Origin: a virus
Direction: 5' to 3' (one strand)
Length of the DNA: 64,000 nt
Virus record (IMG/VR): IMGVR_UViG_3300037470_001029
Span: 1 to 64,000 of that record
Every line of letters begins with the position of its first letter. The first letter of the stretch is position 1. The notes under the pieces were generated by a model that was not told where the DNA came from, ran no database searches, and worked only from the letters and a program-made list of their open reading frames with translations. This document shows, piece by piece, positions 54,608 to 63,480 of the stretch. A program made the translations under genes and the position numbers.

Positions 54608-56577
54608 GAGCTCCGGAAGTCACCACTATCGATTTCGAGACCGAGGCCATAGAGAAGCGGCCGTCCTACCCGCCGGTGCCCGTCGGCGTCGCGATCAAGG
54701 AGCATGGGCAGAAGCCCTTTTACATGGCGTGGGGACACCCTTCGGGGAACAACTGCTCGAAGGCCGACGCGCGCCGCGCGCTGCTGAAGATCTGGAAGGA
54801 CCCGCGCGGGAAGCTCTTCCACAACGAGAAGTTCGACGTCGACGTCGGCGAGGCGCACATGGGCCTGCCGCGCCTGCCGTGGGGCTCCTACCACGACACC
54901 ATGTTCCTGGCCTTCCTAGATGACCCCGACCGGCCGAACGTGAAGCTGAAGGACGTCGGCGAGGAGGTGCTAGGCAAGGTGCCGAAGGAGCGCGACGCGC
55001 TGCGCGACTGGATCCTGGCCAGCGTGCCGGGAGCGACGCGCAAGGAGTGGGCGGCCCACATCAGCAAGGCGCCCGGAGGGCTGGTAGGAAAGTACGCGGG
55101 CCAGGGAGACGCGGAGACCACGGCCAGGCTGTTCGCCAGGCTCTACCCGCAGGTACTCGCCCGCGGAATGGGTCTCGCATACGACCGCGAGCGCCGCTGC
55201 ACCCCCGGTCTAATGGATTCTGAGCGCCGCGGCATACGCGTCGACGTCAAGAAGATGGAAAAGGAGGCGCCGTTCTACGAGGCGCTCCTCGAGCGAGCCG
55301 ACGCGCTTCTCCGCAAGATACTCAAGAGCCCGGGCCTGGACCTCGACAAGAACGAGCAGGTTGCCGATGCCATGGACAAGGCTGGAGTCGTCGACTCGTG
55401 GACGCTGACTCCAGGAGGCAAGCGGGCCACCAACAAGAAGGTCCTGCTCAACGCGGTCAACAACAAGAAGCTGCTGGCGCTGCTCTTCTACCGCAACGCG
55501 CTCGCGACGTCGATCAGGACGTTCATGCGGCCGTGGCTCGCGACGGCGCACGAGGGCGGGGGCGGCCGGATCTTCACGTCCTGGAACCAGGTCAGGCAGG
55601 CCGATCGCGGCAATCCGTTCGGGGCGCGCACCGGGCGCCTCTCGTCGTCTCCGAACTTCCAGAATATCCCCATCTACACGCGTTCGATCCTGATCCTGCC
55701 GAAGCTCATCGAGTCCGGCTACATGGACAAGCTCGTCGACGCTGAGATGATAAAGAGATTTCCGTGGATCAGGCAGGAGTCGTTCGCCATAGAGATGGCC
55801 GACAAGACGAAGCGCACGATCGGACACGCCTGCCCGCTGCCGATGATGAAGGGCTACGTCTTGCCGGAGAAGGGCCACGTGCTCGTCGAGCGCGACTACT
55901 CGCAGCAGGAGTTCCGCATCCTGGCGCACTTCGAGGACGGGGCGCTGCTGCAGGCCTACCGCGAGAACCCCCGCATGGACGTCCACGACGCGGCGCGCGA
56001 CCTGATACACGACATCCTCGGAATCATGCTCGACCGCCGGCCGGTGAAGGACGTCGGCTTCTCTCTCATCTACGGCATGGGCCTCGCGGAGCTGGCGCGC
56101 AAGACCGAGGTGGACCTGGAGCAGGCCAAGAGCTTCAAGGGCGCGTACCTGCAGGCCATGCCCGGGCTCAAAGACCTCATAAAGGGGCTAAAGGAGTGCG
56201 CCGCGGCAAAGCAGCCGATCACCACGTGGGGAGGGCGACAGTACTACTGCGAGAAGCCGCGCATCGTCAAGGGCAGGCTCAGGACCTTCGAGTACAAGCT
56301 CATCAACCGGCTCGTGCAGGGCAGCGCCGCCGACTGCACGAAAGAAGGGAACGCGCGTTACGACGAGCTAGGGGAAGAGGGGCGCCGCGGCGGCCTCTTC
56401 ATGATGACCGTGCACGACTCGACCGTCTCGTCCGTCCCGAAGGAGTGCTGGAGGGAGGCTGACGCGGCGCTCAAGGGCGCGATGGAGTCAGTGGAGTTCG
56501 ACGTCCCCATGCTGACGGACGGGAAGGTCGGCACGAAAAACCTCGGCAACCTTGCGAAGATAAAGGATGCCGCTTGA
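54604..56577 (+). CDS. polA: family A DNA polymerase with 3'-5' exonuclease
   Basis: IDFET, HNEKFD, TGRLSSSPNFQNIP, DYSQQEFR, KDVGFSLIYG, QGSAAD, VHDS. Confidence 0.95.
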   Translation: MRAPEVTTIDFETEAIEKRPSYPPVPVGVAIKEHGQKPFYMAWGHPSGNNCSKADARRALLKIWKDPRGKLFHNEKFDVDVGEAHMGLPRLPWGSYHDTMFLAFLDDPDRPNVKLKDVGEEVLGKVPKERDALRDWILASVPGATRKEWAAHISKAPGGLVGKYAGQGDAETTARLFARLYPQVLARGMGLAYDRERRCTPGLMDSERRGIRVDVKKMEKEAPFYEALLERADALLRKILKSPGLDLDKNEQVADAMDKAGVVDSWTLTPGGKRATNKKVLLNAVNNKKLLALLFYRNALATSIRTFMRPWLATAHEGGGGRIFTSWNQVRQADRGNPFGARTGRLSSSPNFQNIPIYTRSILILPKLIESGYMDKLVDAEMIKRFPWIRQESFAIEMADKTKRTIGHACPLPMMKGYVLPEKGHVLVERDYSQQEFRILAHFEDGALLQAYRENPRMDVHDAARDLIHDILGIMLDRRPVKDVGFSLIYGMGLAELARKTEVDLEQAKSFKGAYLQAMPGLKDLIKGLKECAAAKQPITTWGGRQYYCEKPRIVKGRLRTFEYKLINRLVQGSAADCTKEGNARYDELGEEGRRGGLFMMTVHDSTVSSVPKECWREADAALKGAMESVEFDVPMLTDGKVGTKNLGNLAKIKDAA

Positions 56578-57062
56578 TGGAAGTCTACCTAGGTCCGTGC
56601 GCAATGATACACGCGATGGCTTTCGTGCGCTCGACGCACCGTCGCCTGCCGAAGATTCTAGGCGGTATGTGGGCAATAGGGCTATACGGCAAGCGCGGCG
56701 CGCTGCTGGGAGTTGCCATAGTCGGCAGGCCCTCGGCCCGCCTGCTCGACGACAAAAGGCGTCTGGAGATAACCCGCGTCGCCGTCAGGGCCAAGGTTCC
56801 TAACGGCTGCTCGATTCTCTACGGAGCATGCTCGCGGGCCGCGAGGGCGATGGGCGCCTCGGACCTGATCACCTACATACACTCCGACGAGCTGGGCGCG
56901 AGCGTGCGGTCCGCCAATTTCGTAGAGATGAGCATCGCGGCGAAGGGCCCGCGCGACTGGAGAAGGAGTAGCATCGACTGCGGGCGAACCGCCCCGCACG
57001 ACAACTTGCCGAAGCGCCGATTCCTGGCGCCTTGGTCAGAAATGCTGAAACAAGGAGACTGA
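56577..57062 (+). CDS. XF1762-family / Mom-like GNAT protein
   Basis: FV--HR...GVAIVGRP-AR-LDD...LEITR...NGCSILYGA...ITY...E-GAS. Confidence 0.75.
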   Translation: MEVYLGPCAMIHAMAFVRSTHRRLPKILGGMWAIGLYGKRGALLGVAIVGRPSARLLDDKRRLEITRVAVRAKVPNGCSILYGACSRAARAMGASDLITYIHSDELGASVRSANFVEMSIAAKGPRDWRRSSIDCGRTAPHDNLPKRRFLAPWSEMLKQGD

Positions 57063-57066
57063 AGAT

Positions 57067-57822
57067 ATGCCCACCAAGGCCAAGGCCGCTCTGCTCAGGT
57101 TCACCGCGTGGAGCTGGTCGCGCTTCAACGACCACCGCCGCTGCGCATTCTACGCGTTCTGCAAGTACCTGCGTAAGCTGCCGGAGCCGGGCTCGCCGGC
57201 GATGGACCGCGGCGGCGCGATCCACAAGCTCGCGGAGGACTGGACGCTCGGCAAAGGCGACAAGCTGCCGCCGGAGCTCAAGCTCTTCAAGACGGAATTC
57301 GCGCACCTTCGCAAGATCAAGGCTAATGTCGAGGGCCAGATCGCCGTCGACCGCATGTGGAAGCCGACCGACTGGTTCGGCAAGGACGCCTGGCTCCGCG
57401 TCGTCACCGACGCGCGCTACGAAGAGAACCCGAAGGACGGAAAAGTAGTTTCCGCGATCGACCACAAGACCGGCAAGATCTACGAGGAGAACGACGAGCA
57501 ACTCTCGCTTTACATCCCGGCGCTCTTCTCGCATTACCCGCGCGCCGACGAGATCAACCTGAAGCTCTACTACCTCGACCAAGGCGAGGAGCGCCTGTAC
57601 CGCTACCGCCGCGAGGGCATCGCCAGGCCGCGCGAGCTGCCGCCCGCCAGGAAGGGCGGCGCGCCGGTCGTCGAGAAGGCGCCCTCGCACGTAGCGCTCA
57701 TGAAGATCTGGACAGAGAAGTCCTACCCGATCCTGACCGACAGGCAGTTCGTCGCGACGCCGAACGACAAGTGCCGCTTCTGCCACTACAGGAAGTCGAA
57801 CGGCGGCCCTTGCCGATACTAG
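57067..57822 (+). CDS. PD-(D/E)xK exonuclease (RecB/Cas4-like)
   Basis: WSWS...C...RG--IH...DHKTGK...QL-LY...CRFC...C. Confidence 0.85.
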   Translation: MPTKAKAALLRFTAWSWSRFNDHRRCAFYAFCKYLRKLPEPGSPAMDRGGAIHKLAEDWTLGKGDKLPPELKLFKTEFAHLRKIKANVEGQIAVDRMWKPTDWFGKDAWLRVVTDARYEENPKDGKVVSAIDHKTGKIYEENDEQLSLYIPALFSHYPRADEINLKLYYLDQGEERLYRYRREGIARPRELPPARKGGAPVVEKAPSHVALMKIWTEKSYPILTDRQFVATPNDKCRFCHYRKSNGGPCRY

Positions 57823-57831
57823 GAGGCCTGA

Positions 57832-58368
57832 ATGAGAGACATCATGATAGACCTGGAGACGATGGGGACGCGGGCAGGCTGCGCCCTGGTCTCCATCGGC
57901 GCGGTCGCGTTCGGACCCAAGGGCCTTGGAGAGGAATTCTACGAGGTGGTAAATTCGGCATCTTGCAAGGGGCTCTTCGTCGACGTAGACACGGCCGCCT
58001 GGTGGTCAAAGCAGTCGCAAGAGGCCCGCGAGGTACTGCGGCTCGCATCGCGCAAGGCCAGCAGCCTTCCTCTCCCGAAAGCGCTCTGGAAGTTCCGCGC
58101 CTACGTCCGCGGCGTCAGCGTCGACGCGAGGGTATGGGGCAACGGAGCCGACTTCGACCTGCCGATACTGGCGGCGGCCTACGCGTCGATAGGAGAGGAC
58201 GCTCCCTGGCCGCCGTTCAACGGCCGCTGCTACCGCACGCTGAAAGGCCTGGCCCGCGAGGTCAAGCTAGAACGCGGCGGCACGCACCACAATGCGCTGG
58301 ACGACGCCAAGACGCAGGCCTTGCACCTTATCAAAATATTGAAGAAGCTAAAACTGGAGGTAACATGA
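57832..58368 (+). CDS. DEDDh 3'-5' exo(ribo)nuclease
   Basis: MIDLET, WGNGADFD, HNALDDA. Confidence 0.88.
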   Translation: MRDIMIDLETMGTRAGCALVSIGAVAFGPKGLGEEFYEVVNSASCKGLFVDVDTAAWWSKQSQEAREVLRLASRKASSLPLPKALWKFRAYVRGVSVDARVWGNGADFDLPILAAAYASIGEDAPWPPFNGRCYRTLKGLAREVKLERGGTHHNALDDAKTQALHLIKILKKLKLEVT

Positions 58369-58775
58369 GGAAGGCCGCAAAAAATGCGCCGGGATTTTCT
58401 CGCGCCAAGGGGAAGCCGCTGAAGAGGCCGCGGCGCATCAATCGGACGGAGGCCTCGGTGGAAGGCGCCTGCTGCCGCTACCTGAAGAAGCTCGGGCTCG
58501 TGCACCGCAAGATGAACGGGTTCGGCTTCAACGCCTGGCCCGACAGGATGATCCTGCCGCCGAACATGGGCGCTCCCTGGAGCAAGAACAGCGTCCACGG
58601 GCATGTTCTGTGGGTAGAGCTGAAGAGGCCGCTCGAAGATCCGACTCCGCTGCAGGCCAAGCTGCACGACGACCTGCGATGCAGCGGCCAGGAAGTCTGC
58701 GTCGTCCGCTCGGTGGAAGAATTCAAAGAGGTGGTGAATGCGTTCCACAGAAAATACTGCCCGATCGATATTTAA
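58365..58775 (+). CDS. VRR-NUC domain nuclease
   Basis: Start ATG 58365; EASVE...WPDR...WVELKRP...TPLQ. Confidence 0.85.
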   Translation: MRKAAKNAPGFSRAKGKPLKRPRRINRTEASVEGACCRYLKKLGLVHRKMNGFGFNAWPDRMILPPNMGAPWSKNSVHGHVLWVELKRPLEDPTPLQAKLHDDLRCSGQEVCVVRSVEEFKEVVNAFHRKYCPIDI

Positions 58776-59216
58776 ATGAGCAGATCTCCAGCTCATTGCG
58801 CTTACCAGGCAAAGCTAGAGAAAAAGGGTTTGCGCGAATGCCCTAAATGCAAGAAGATCAAAAAGCTGAGATACTTTGGCCGACATTCGCAAACCAACAA
58901 TGGTCTTTGCTGGTGTCTTAAGTGTAATCGCGCAGCGTCTATTGGATGGCATAGGAAAATCAAGGCAGAGGTCTTTGCGCATTACGGCAGCAAGTGCCGC
59001 AAATGCGGAGAGTCGGATATAGATGTCCTGACCATAGATCACATCGATCAAAAGGGCTCGGTGCACAAAAGAAGCCTGAGTTTGACAAGTGGTAGCAAAA
59101 TGTGGAGGTGGCTCCGCGAAAATAATTATCCAAAAGGCTTCAGGCTGCTATGCTTTAATTGCAACGTCAAAGAGTACCGAAAGTTCCTCTACCGTAAAGA
59201 GAAGGAAATGATATGA
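58776..59216 (+). CDS. HNH-type endonuclease (AT-rich, likely mobile)
   Basis: CPKC, CLKC, CRKC...TIDHI...LCFNCN. Confidence 0.75.
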   Translation: MSRSPAHCAYQAKLEKKGLRECPKCKKIKKLRYFGRHSQTNNGLCWCLKCNRAASIGWHRKIKAEVFAHYGSKCRKCGESDIDVLTIDHIDQKGSVHKRSLSLTSGSKMWRWLRENNYPKGFRLLCFNCNVKEYRKFLYRKEKEMI

Positions 59217-60707
59217 AAGGAGTCGAGCCCTTCCGGGTTGAGGCTCAGGCCTGGGTTCCGGTCCCGTTCATGCTGCGCGCCATGCGCTTCATGCTTGAAC
59301 GCGGCGCGGCTGGCCTGCTCCTTGACCCGGGCTAGTTGAGGCATGCGCAAGACCTCCATCAGCCTGGCGGTGATGAAGATCCTGAAGAAGAACCACCGCC
59401 GCTTCCCGTTCCTGGTGATCGCGCCGCTGCGCGTCTGCCAGCTCGTGTGGCCCAAGGAGCTGAAGAAGTGGAAGGAGTTCTCCGGACTCACGATGGAGAT
59501 ACTGCACGGCCCGAAGAAGGGCGAGGCACTGCGCAGGAAGGCCGACATCTACGTGATAAACCCGGAGGGCCTCGACTGGCTCTTCGAGGAGCTTCGCGGC
59601 ATCAACGGCTGGCCGTTCGAGGGACTGCTCGTCGACGAGTCGACCAAGTTCAAGCGCGCGTCGTCGCTGCGCTCGCGGCTGCTGCGCGGCTACCTGCCGA
59701 TGTTCAGGCGCCGCTACATACTCACGGGCAGCCCGTCGCCCAACGGGCTCATCGACCTCTTCGGGCAGATACTGGTGCTGGACCTCGGCAATGCGCTCGG
59801 CCGCTACGTCACGCACTACCGCCGCGATTACTTCTTCCCTATGGAAGGCCGCTGGATACCCGAGGAGGGCGCGGAGGAGAAGATCTACAAGCGCCTCCGC
59901 CCGCTCGTCGTGCACATGGACGCGGCAGACTACATCAAGCTGCCGCCGCTGATCGGCGACATCACGAGCGACGAGCCGCTCATCACCGAGGTCGAGCTCC
60001 CGCCCGCTGCGCGCAAGATCTACGACGACATGGAGGAGAGCCTCATCGCGATGGTGGACAAGGGCGTGGTCACCGCGGCGAACGCGGCCGTGGCGATGAT
60101 GAAGTGCCGCCAGATCGCCAACGGCGGCATCTACAACGACCCCGAGCGCAAGAGCTGGAGCAAGATACACGACGCAAAGACCGACGCGGTGCTGGAGCTG
60201 GTGGAGTCCCTGCAAGGACAGCCGCTGCTCGTCGCGATCGACTTCAGGCACGACGAGGACAGGCTCTTGCGCGCGCTCCCGCCGGGCACGCCCTCGTTCT
60301 CCGGAGGAAAGTCGCTCAAGGAAGCGCAGCGCATCGAGGCCGCGTGGAACGCCGGCGACCTGCCCGTGCTGCTCGGCAACCCGCAGTCCGTCGCGTGGGG
60401 GCTAAACCTGCAGGAGCACGGACGCGCGGTCGCGTGGCACTCGCAGACCTGGGATTGGGAGCAATACATGCAGTTCATCCGCCGCGTCTGGCGCAGCGGG
60501 CAGAAGGGCCGCGTGTTCGTCCACCACATCGTCGCGCGGCACACGGTGGACAGGCCCATGCTCTCCGCCGTGAAGCGCAAAGGCAAGGACGAGGGCGCGC
60601 TGCTGCACGCGCTGCGCGAGTACGCGGAGGAGAAGCTCGGGCGCCGAGTCAAGGCGCAAAAGAAGAAGGGCGCCGGAGCGCCCTTCAAGGGTCGTGCGAA
60701 GCGCTAG
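59213..60707 (+). CDS. SNF2-family helicase, interrupted by 10 nt inside Walker A
   Basis: 59213-59332 encodes ...GLLLDPG, then TAG; 59343 on encodes MRKT...VDEST...LTGSP...GLNLQ...RRVWRSGQ. Confidence 0.85.
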
Positions 60708-60949
60708 CCCACCGTGTAATCTGGGTGGCCCTTGCTCGCGAGGTAGGCGCACCATCCCTTGTAGCGTGCCTCGTACGCGCTCCCCGCGGAGCCGTGCCAG
60801 TAGAACTTGTCCGGCCCGTGGAACTCCCAGTGGTCCCTGTCGAAGTGGTAGGTCCAGGTCTCCTTGCGCTGCGCCGCGGTCGTGTACTCGCGGACCTCGG
60901 GCATCACCTGCGCGAGCAGCGCGCGTCCGAAGTCGGAATCGAGGCTCAC
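60704..60949 (-). CDS. hypothetical protein
   Basis: 81 aa, aromatic-rich; coupled to upstream gene. Confidence 0.6.
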   Translation of the reverse strand: MSLDSDFGRALLAQVMPEVREYTTAAQRKETWTYHFDRDHWEFHGPDKFYWHGSAGSAYEARYKGWCAYLASKGHPDYTVG

Positions 60950-61434
60950 AGGAGTTCCATCTCGGCGCGGTACTCCGTCAGCATTTCCAACCTTCCCTCG
61001 AAGCGCTGCGCGATGCTGCTCTCGACCGCGGCCTTCTCGCCGTCGACCGCGTTAGAGAAGGCGCTGCTGCTGCCCCGCGTGTACCGGTTATTCGCCGCGT
61101 TTGCACGGAACTGCTGCGCGTGGTAGCTGAGCACCTCGAAGACGGTGTGGCCGCTCGCGATGTCGGAGAGCACTTCTACCGCGATCTGCGCCGCATAGTC
61201 TTCCTTGACTCCGTGGCCCCAAGAGGCTTCGTACACCAGCGAGCCGGCGCTGCTGAGCAGCTTCTTCGACAGCTCTTCGCGCGACTGCTTGCCGATTTCG
61301 ACCAAGTCTTCGAGGTACTTCATGACGCGCGCCTCTGCGTCGCTGTACTTCTGCTCCGGCGTGCGCTCGTCGATCGGCTGCACGAAGGCGGGCTTCGCCA
61401 CTTTGTAGTCACCGGTTCTGCGATGCTTGCTCAT
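60946..61434 (-). CDS. hypothetical early protein
   Basis: Start ATG 61434 with AAGGAG. Confidence 0.65.
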   Translation of the reverse strand: MSKHRRTGDYKVAKPAFVQPIDERTPEQKYSDAEARVMKYLEDLVEIGKQSREELSKKLLSSAGSLVYEASWGHGVKEDYAAQIAVEVLSDIASGHTVFEVLSYHAQQFRANAANNRYTRGSSSAFSNAVDGEKAAVESSIAQRFEGRLEMLTEYRAEMELL

Positions 61435-61467
61435 GATCTTCTCCTTGGGTTGCACTGCAATGAATGA

Positions 61468-61495
61468 AGCATAGCGTAACCATGGGATACCGCAA
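61468..61495 (-). promoter_or_regulatory. leftward early-type promoter
   Basis: TTGCGG-16-TATGCT with A-rich upstream tract. Confidence 0.6.
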
Positions 61496-61679
61496 GCACT
61501 TTATTTTCAGGCATCCTCTGGTTTCTGGCGTGCTTCCGTCCAGGCATCCCCGTACCACATGCTGAAACTGGCTAGTTAGCCGCTTGCTTGCGCTCCGACC
61601 GGTTTGGGTGCATTATATAGGTACGGCAGGCGGCGTGCCAGAGGACTTGGATCGCCACGAAATAAACTTCAAAAAAAGC

Positions 61680-61707
61680 TTGCAGTCTCCCATGGTCGTG
61701 GTATCAT
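61680..61707 (+). promoter_or_regulatory. rightward early-type promoter
   Basis: TTGCAG-16-TATCAT with A-rich upstream tract. Confidence 0.6.
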
Positions 61708-61849
61708 GGGTACATTAGCAGCGCAGCACGAAGGACGAATCCGAGGGGCAGCGGGCGCAGGAGCAGAACAACGCCGAAAGCGCCGCCCTCCAAAAGCCAG
61801 AGCGCGGGCCCCTCGGATTCACCCTCAAAAACAGAATAGGAGCAAGAGC

Positions 61850-62110
61850 ATGAAACCCATCAACGCGACGCGCAGCACGAACAAGTTCTGCATCACCTCA
61901 GGACACCTCTACGCCTTTAAGAAGATCGGCGAGAAGTTTCCCAAGGGGCTGGTCGCTGTCGCCTACGACGACGCCGACGACGAGTACACGGTGCGGGTCG
62001 CGGAGGACGAGAGGCTGGTCGACTACCGCCTCAACCTGATCGCCTGCGGGATGATCGCGGTGGCGGAGGAGCAAGTGGTCGCGAAGTTCTCCAAGTACGC
62101 GTCCCTCTGA
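61850..62110 (+). CDS. hypothetical early protein
   Basis: Start ATG 61850 with AGGAG. Confidence 0.6.
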   Translation: MKPINATRSTNKFCITSGHLYAFKKIGEKFPKGLVAVAYDDADDEYTVRVAEDERLVDYRLNLIACGMIAVAEEQVVAKFSKYASL

Positions 62111-62131
62111 AAAACAGAATAAGGAGCAGAA

Positions 62132-62653
62132 ATGAAAAGCATCTACGCAGTCGGCAGCATCAAGACCTTCCGCGGAAACGAGGGGTACGGCCTGAACGCG
62201 ACGATCACGCGCGACGGGCGCGCGGTAGCCTTCGTCCTCGACGACGCGAGCGGCGGCGAGGTCCGCGTGGACTTCCGCAACCCTCTGCAGACGCCGCGCT
62301 CCTACCAGCTCACCACCGCGGAGGACGCGCTCGCTGAGCAGCAGCAGGCGCATGCGTTCGCGCTGGAATGGTACAAGACGGCGCCGAAGGAGGCGCAGTA
62401 CCTCGGATGCGGAATCCCCGTGACGGGCGAGCGCTGCCTCGCGGTGTGGATCGATGAGCAGGTCGACCTGCACGAGACGCGCAAGCAGTTCGACCGCGAC
62501 GCGAAGAAGACGACGCTGTTCAAGATCAAGGGAGACGACAAGGACGCGTGGCGCACCCTGAAGAATGCGCCCTACTCGCCCGCGGTGCAGGCCTTCCTCG
62601 ACAAGAAGTACGGAGACAGGCTGGAGCGCGTCTACAACAGGGACGGACTCTGA
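62132..62653 (+). CDS. hypothetical early protein
   Basis: TAAGGAG RBS; IKTFRGNEG-G-NA...GGE motif. Confidence 0.7.
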   Translation: MKSIYAVGSIKTFRGNEGYGLNATITRDGRAVAFVLDDASGGEVRVDFRNPLQTPRSYQLTTAEDALAEQQQAHAFALEWYKTAPKEAQYLGCGIPVTGERCLAVWIDEQVDLHETRKQFDRDAKKTTLFKIKGDDKDAWRTLKNAPYSPAVQAFLDKKYGDRLERVYNRDGL

Positions 62654-62862
62654 TGAGAGCGCTTCGCAAGATGGGAGACGCGCAGCGCGCCGCGAGAATC
62701 TTCGGTTGCAGCGTCGAGCAGGCCAAGGCGCTCTACCGCAAGAACGCGGAGCAGCTCGCGCAGATGGCGGAGAAGGCGGAAGACACGGGCGGCAGGTACA
62801 ACGGCTACACTGCCGCCGAGCTGAGGGAGAAGGCCAAGGCCTTCGAAGAGAAAAGCAGGTGA
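62653..62862 (+). CDS. hypothetical protein
   Basis: TGATG-coupled. Confidence 0.55.
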   Translation: MRALRKMGDAQRAARIFGCSVEQAKALYRKNAEQLAQMAEKAEDTGGRYNGYTAAELREKAKAFEEKSR

Positions 62863-62935
62863 CTCCCGCAGCGCCTTCCAAGAGGGCGCTGCGAGGGCAA
62901 ACCCGCCCGCACAAACCTAAAATAGGAGTAACGAC

Positions 62936-63163
62936 ATGAACAAGACCGAGATCCTCAAGAGCACCGTCGAAGCCGCAGGCGTCGCTCTCCGCGCGAAGCG
63001 CGCCGGGCGCAAGCCCGCCACCAAGGGCGCGCTCTGCCGCGGCCTCATCCTCGAGGGCAAGAAGTCCGTGGCCGAGATCGCCAAGGCCGCCAAGACCACG
63101 GAGAACTCCGTGTACTGGTACCGCAGCGAGCTGAAGTCCCTCGGCGCGCGGGTGCCGGCGTGA
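62936..63163 (+). CDS. small HTH-like protein
   Basis: GKKSVAEIAKAAKTTENSVYWYRSEL. Confidence 0.6.
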   Translation: MNKTEILKSTVEAAGVALRAKRAGRKPATKGALCRGLILEGKKSVAEIAKAAKTTENSVYWYRSELKSLGARVPA

Positions 63164-63480
63164 GCAGGTCAGCGACCAAGAAGACGAAGCGGCCCGCCAC
63201 CACGCGGGTCGTCTTCGACTACCTCATCGGCGCTGACGACTTCCGCACGATGTCCGCGATCTGCGCCGACACCGGAGAGCACCCAAACCGCGTGAGCGCC
63301 GCTCTGCACCACCTGCAGAAGCACAGCGCGGCCGACTTCGTCGAGGGCGACGCGCAGGTGCCGCACTGGTATGCGAAGCCCGGCGACGACACGCGCACCA
63401 AGGTCGTCGACGAAGTCCCCGAGCACATCGAGCACCGCGCGAAGCGGCGGGCCCGCATCACGAAGAGGAAGCTGCCATGA
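63160..63480 (+). CDS. winged-HTH-like protein
   Basis: VFDYL...TMSAICADTG--PNRVSAALHHL...WY. Confidence 0.55.
   Translation: MSRSATKKTKRPATTRVVFDYLIGADDFRTMSAICADTGEHPNRVSAALHHLQKHSAADFVEGDAQVPHWYAKPGDDTRTKVVDEVPEHIEHRAKRRARITKRKLP

Noticed and set aside
57067-57822. Cas4-like nuclease as sign of a CRISPR system
   Set aside because: Stand-alone phage exonuclease in a replication operon.
61715-61830. Possible tRNA or structured ncRNA after the rightward promoter
   Set aside because: GC hairpins present but no cloverleaf or recognisable family; cannot be supported without a covariance search.
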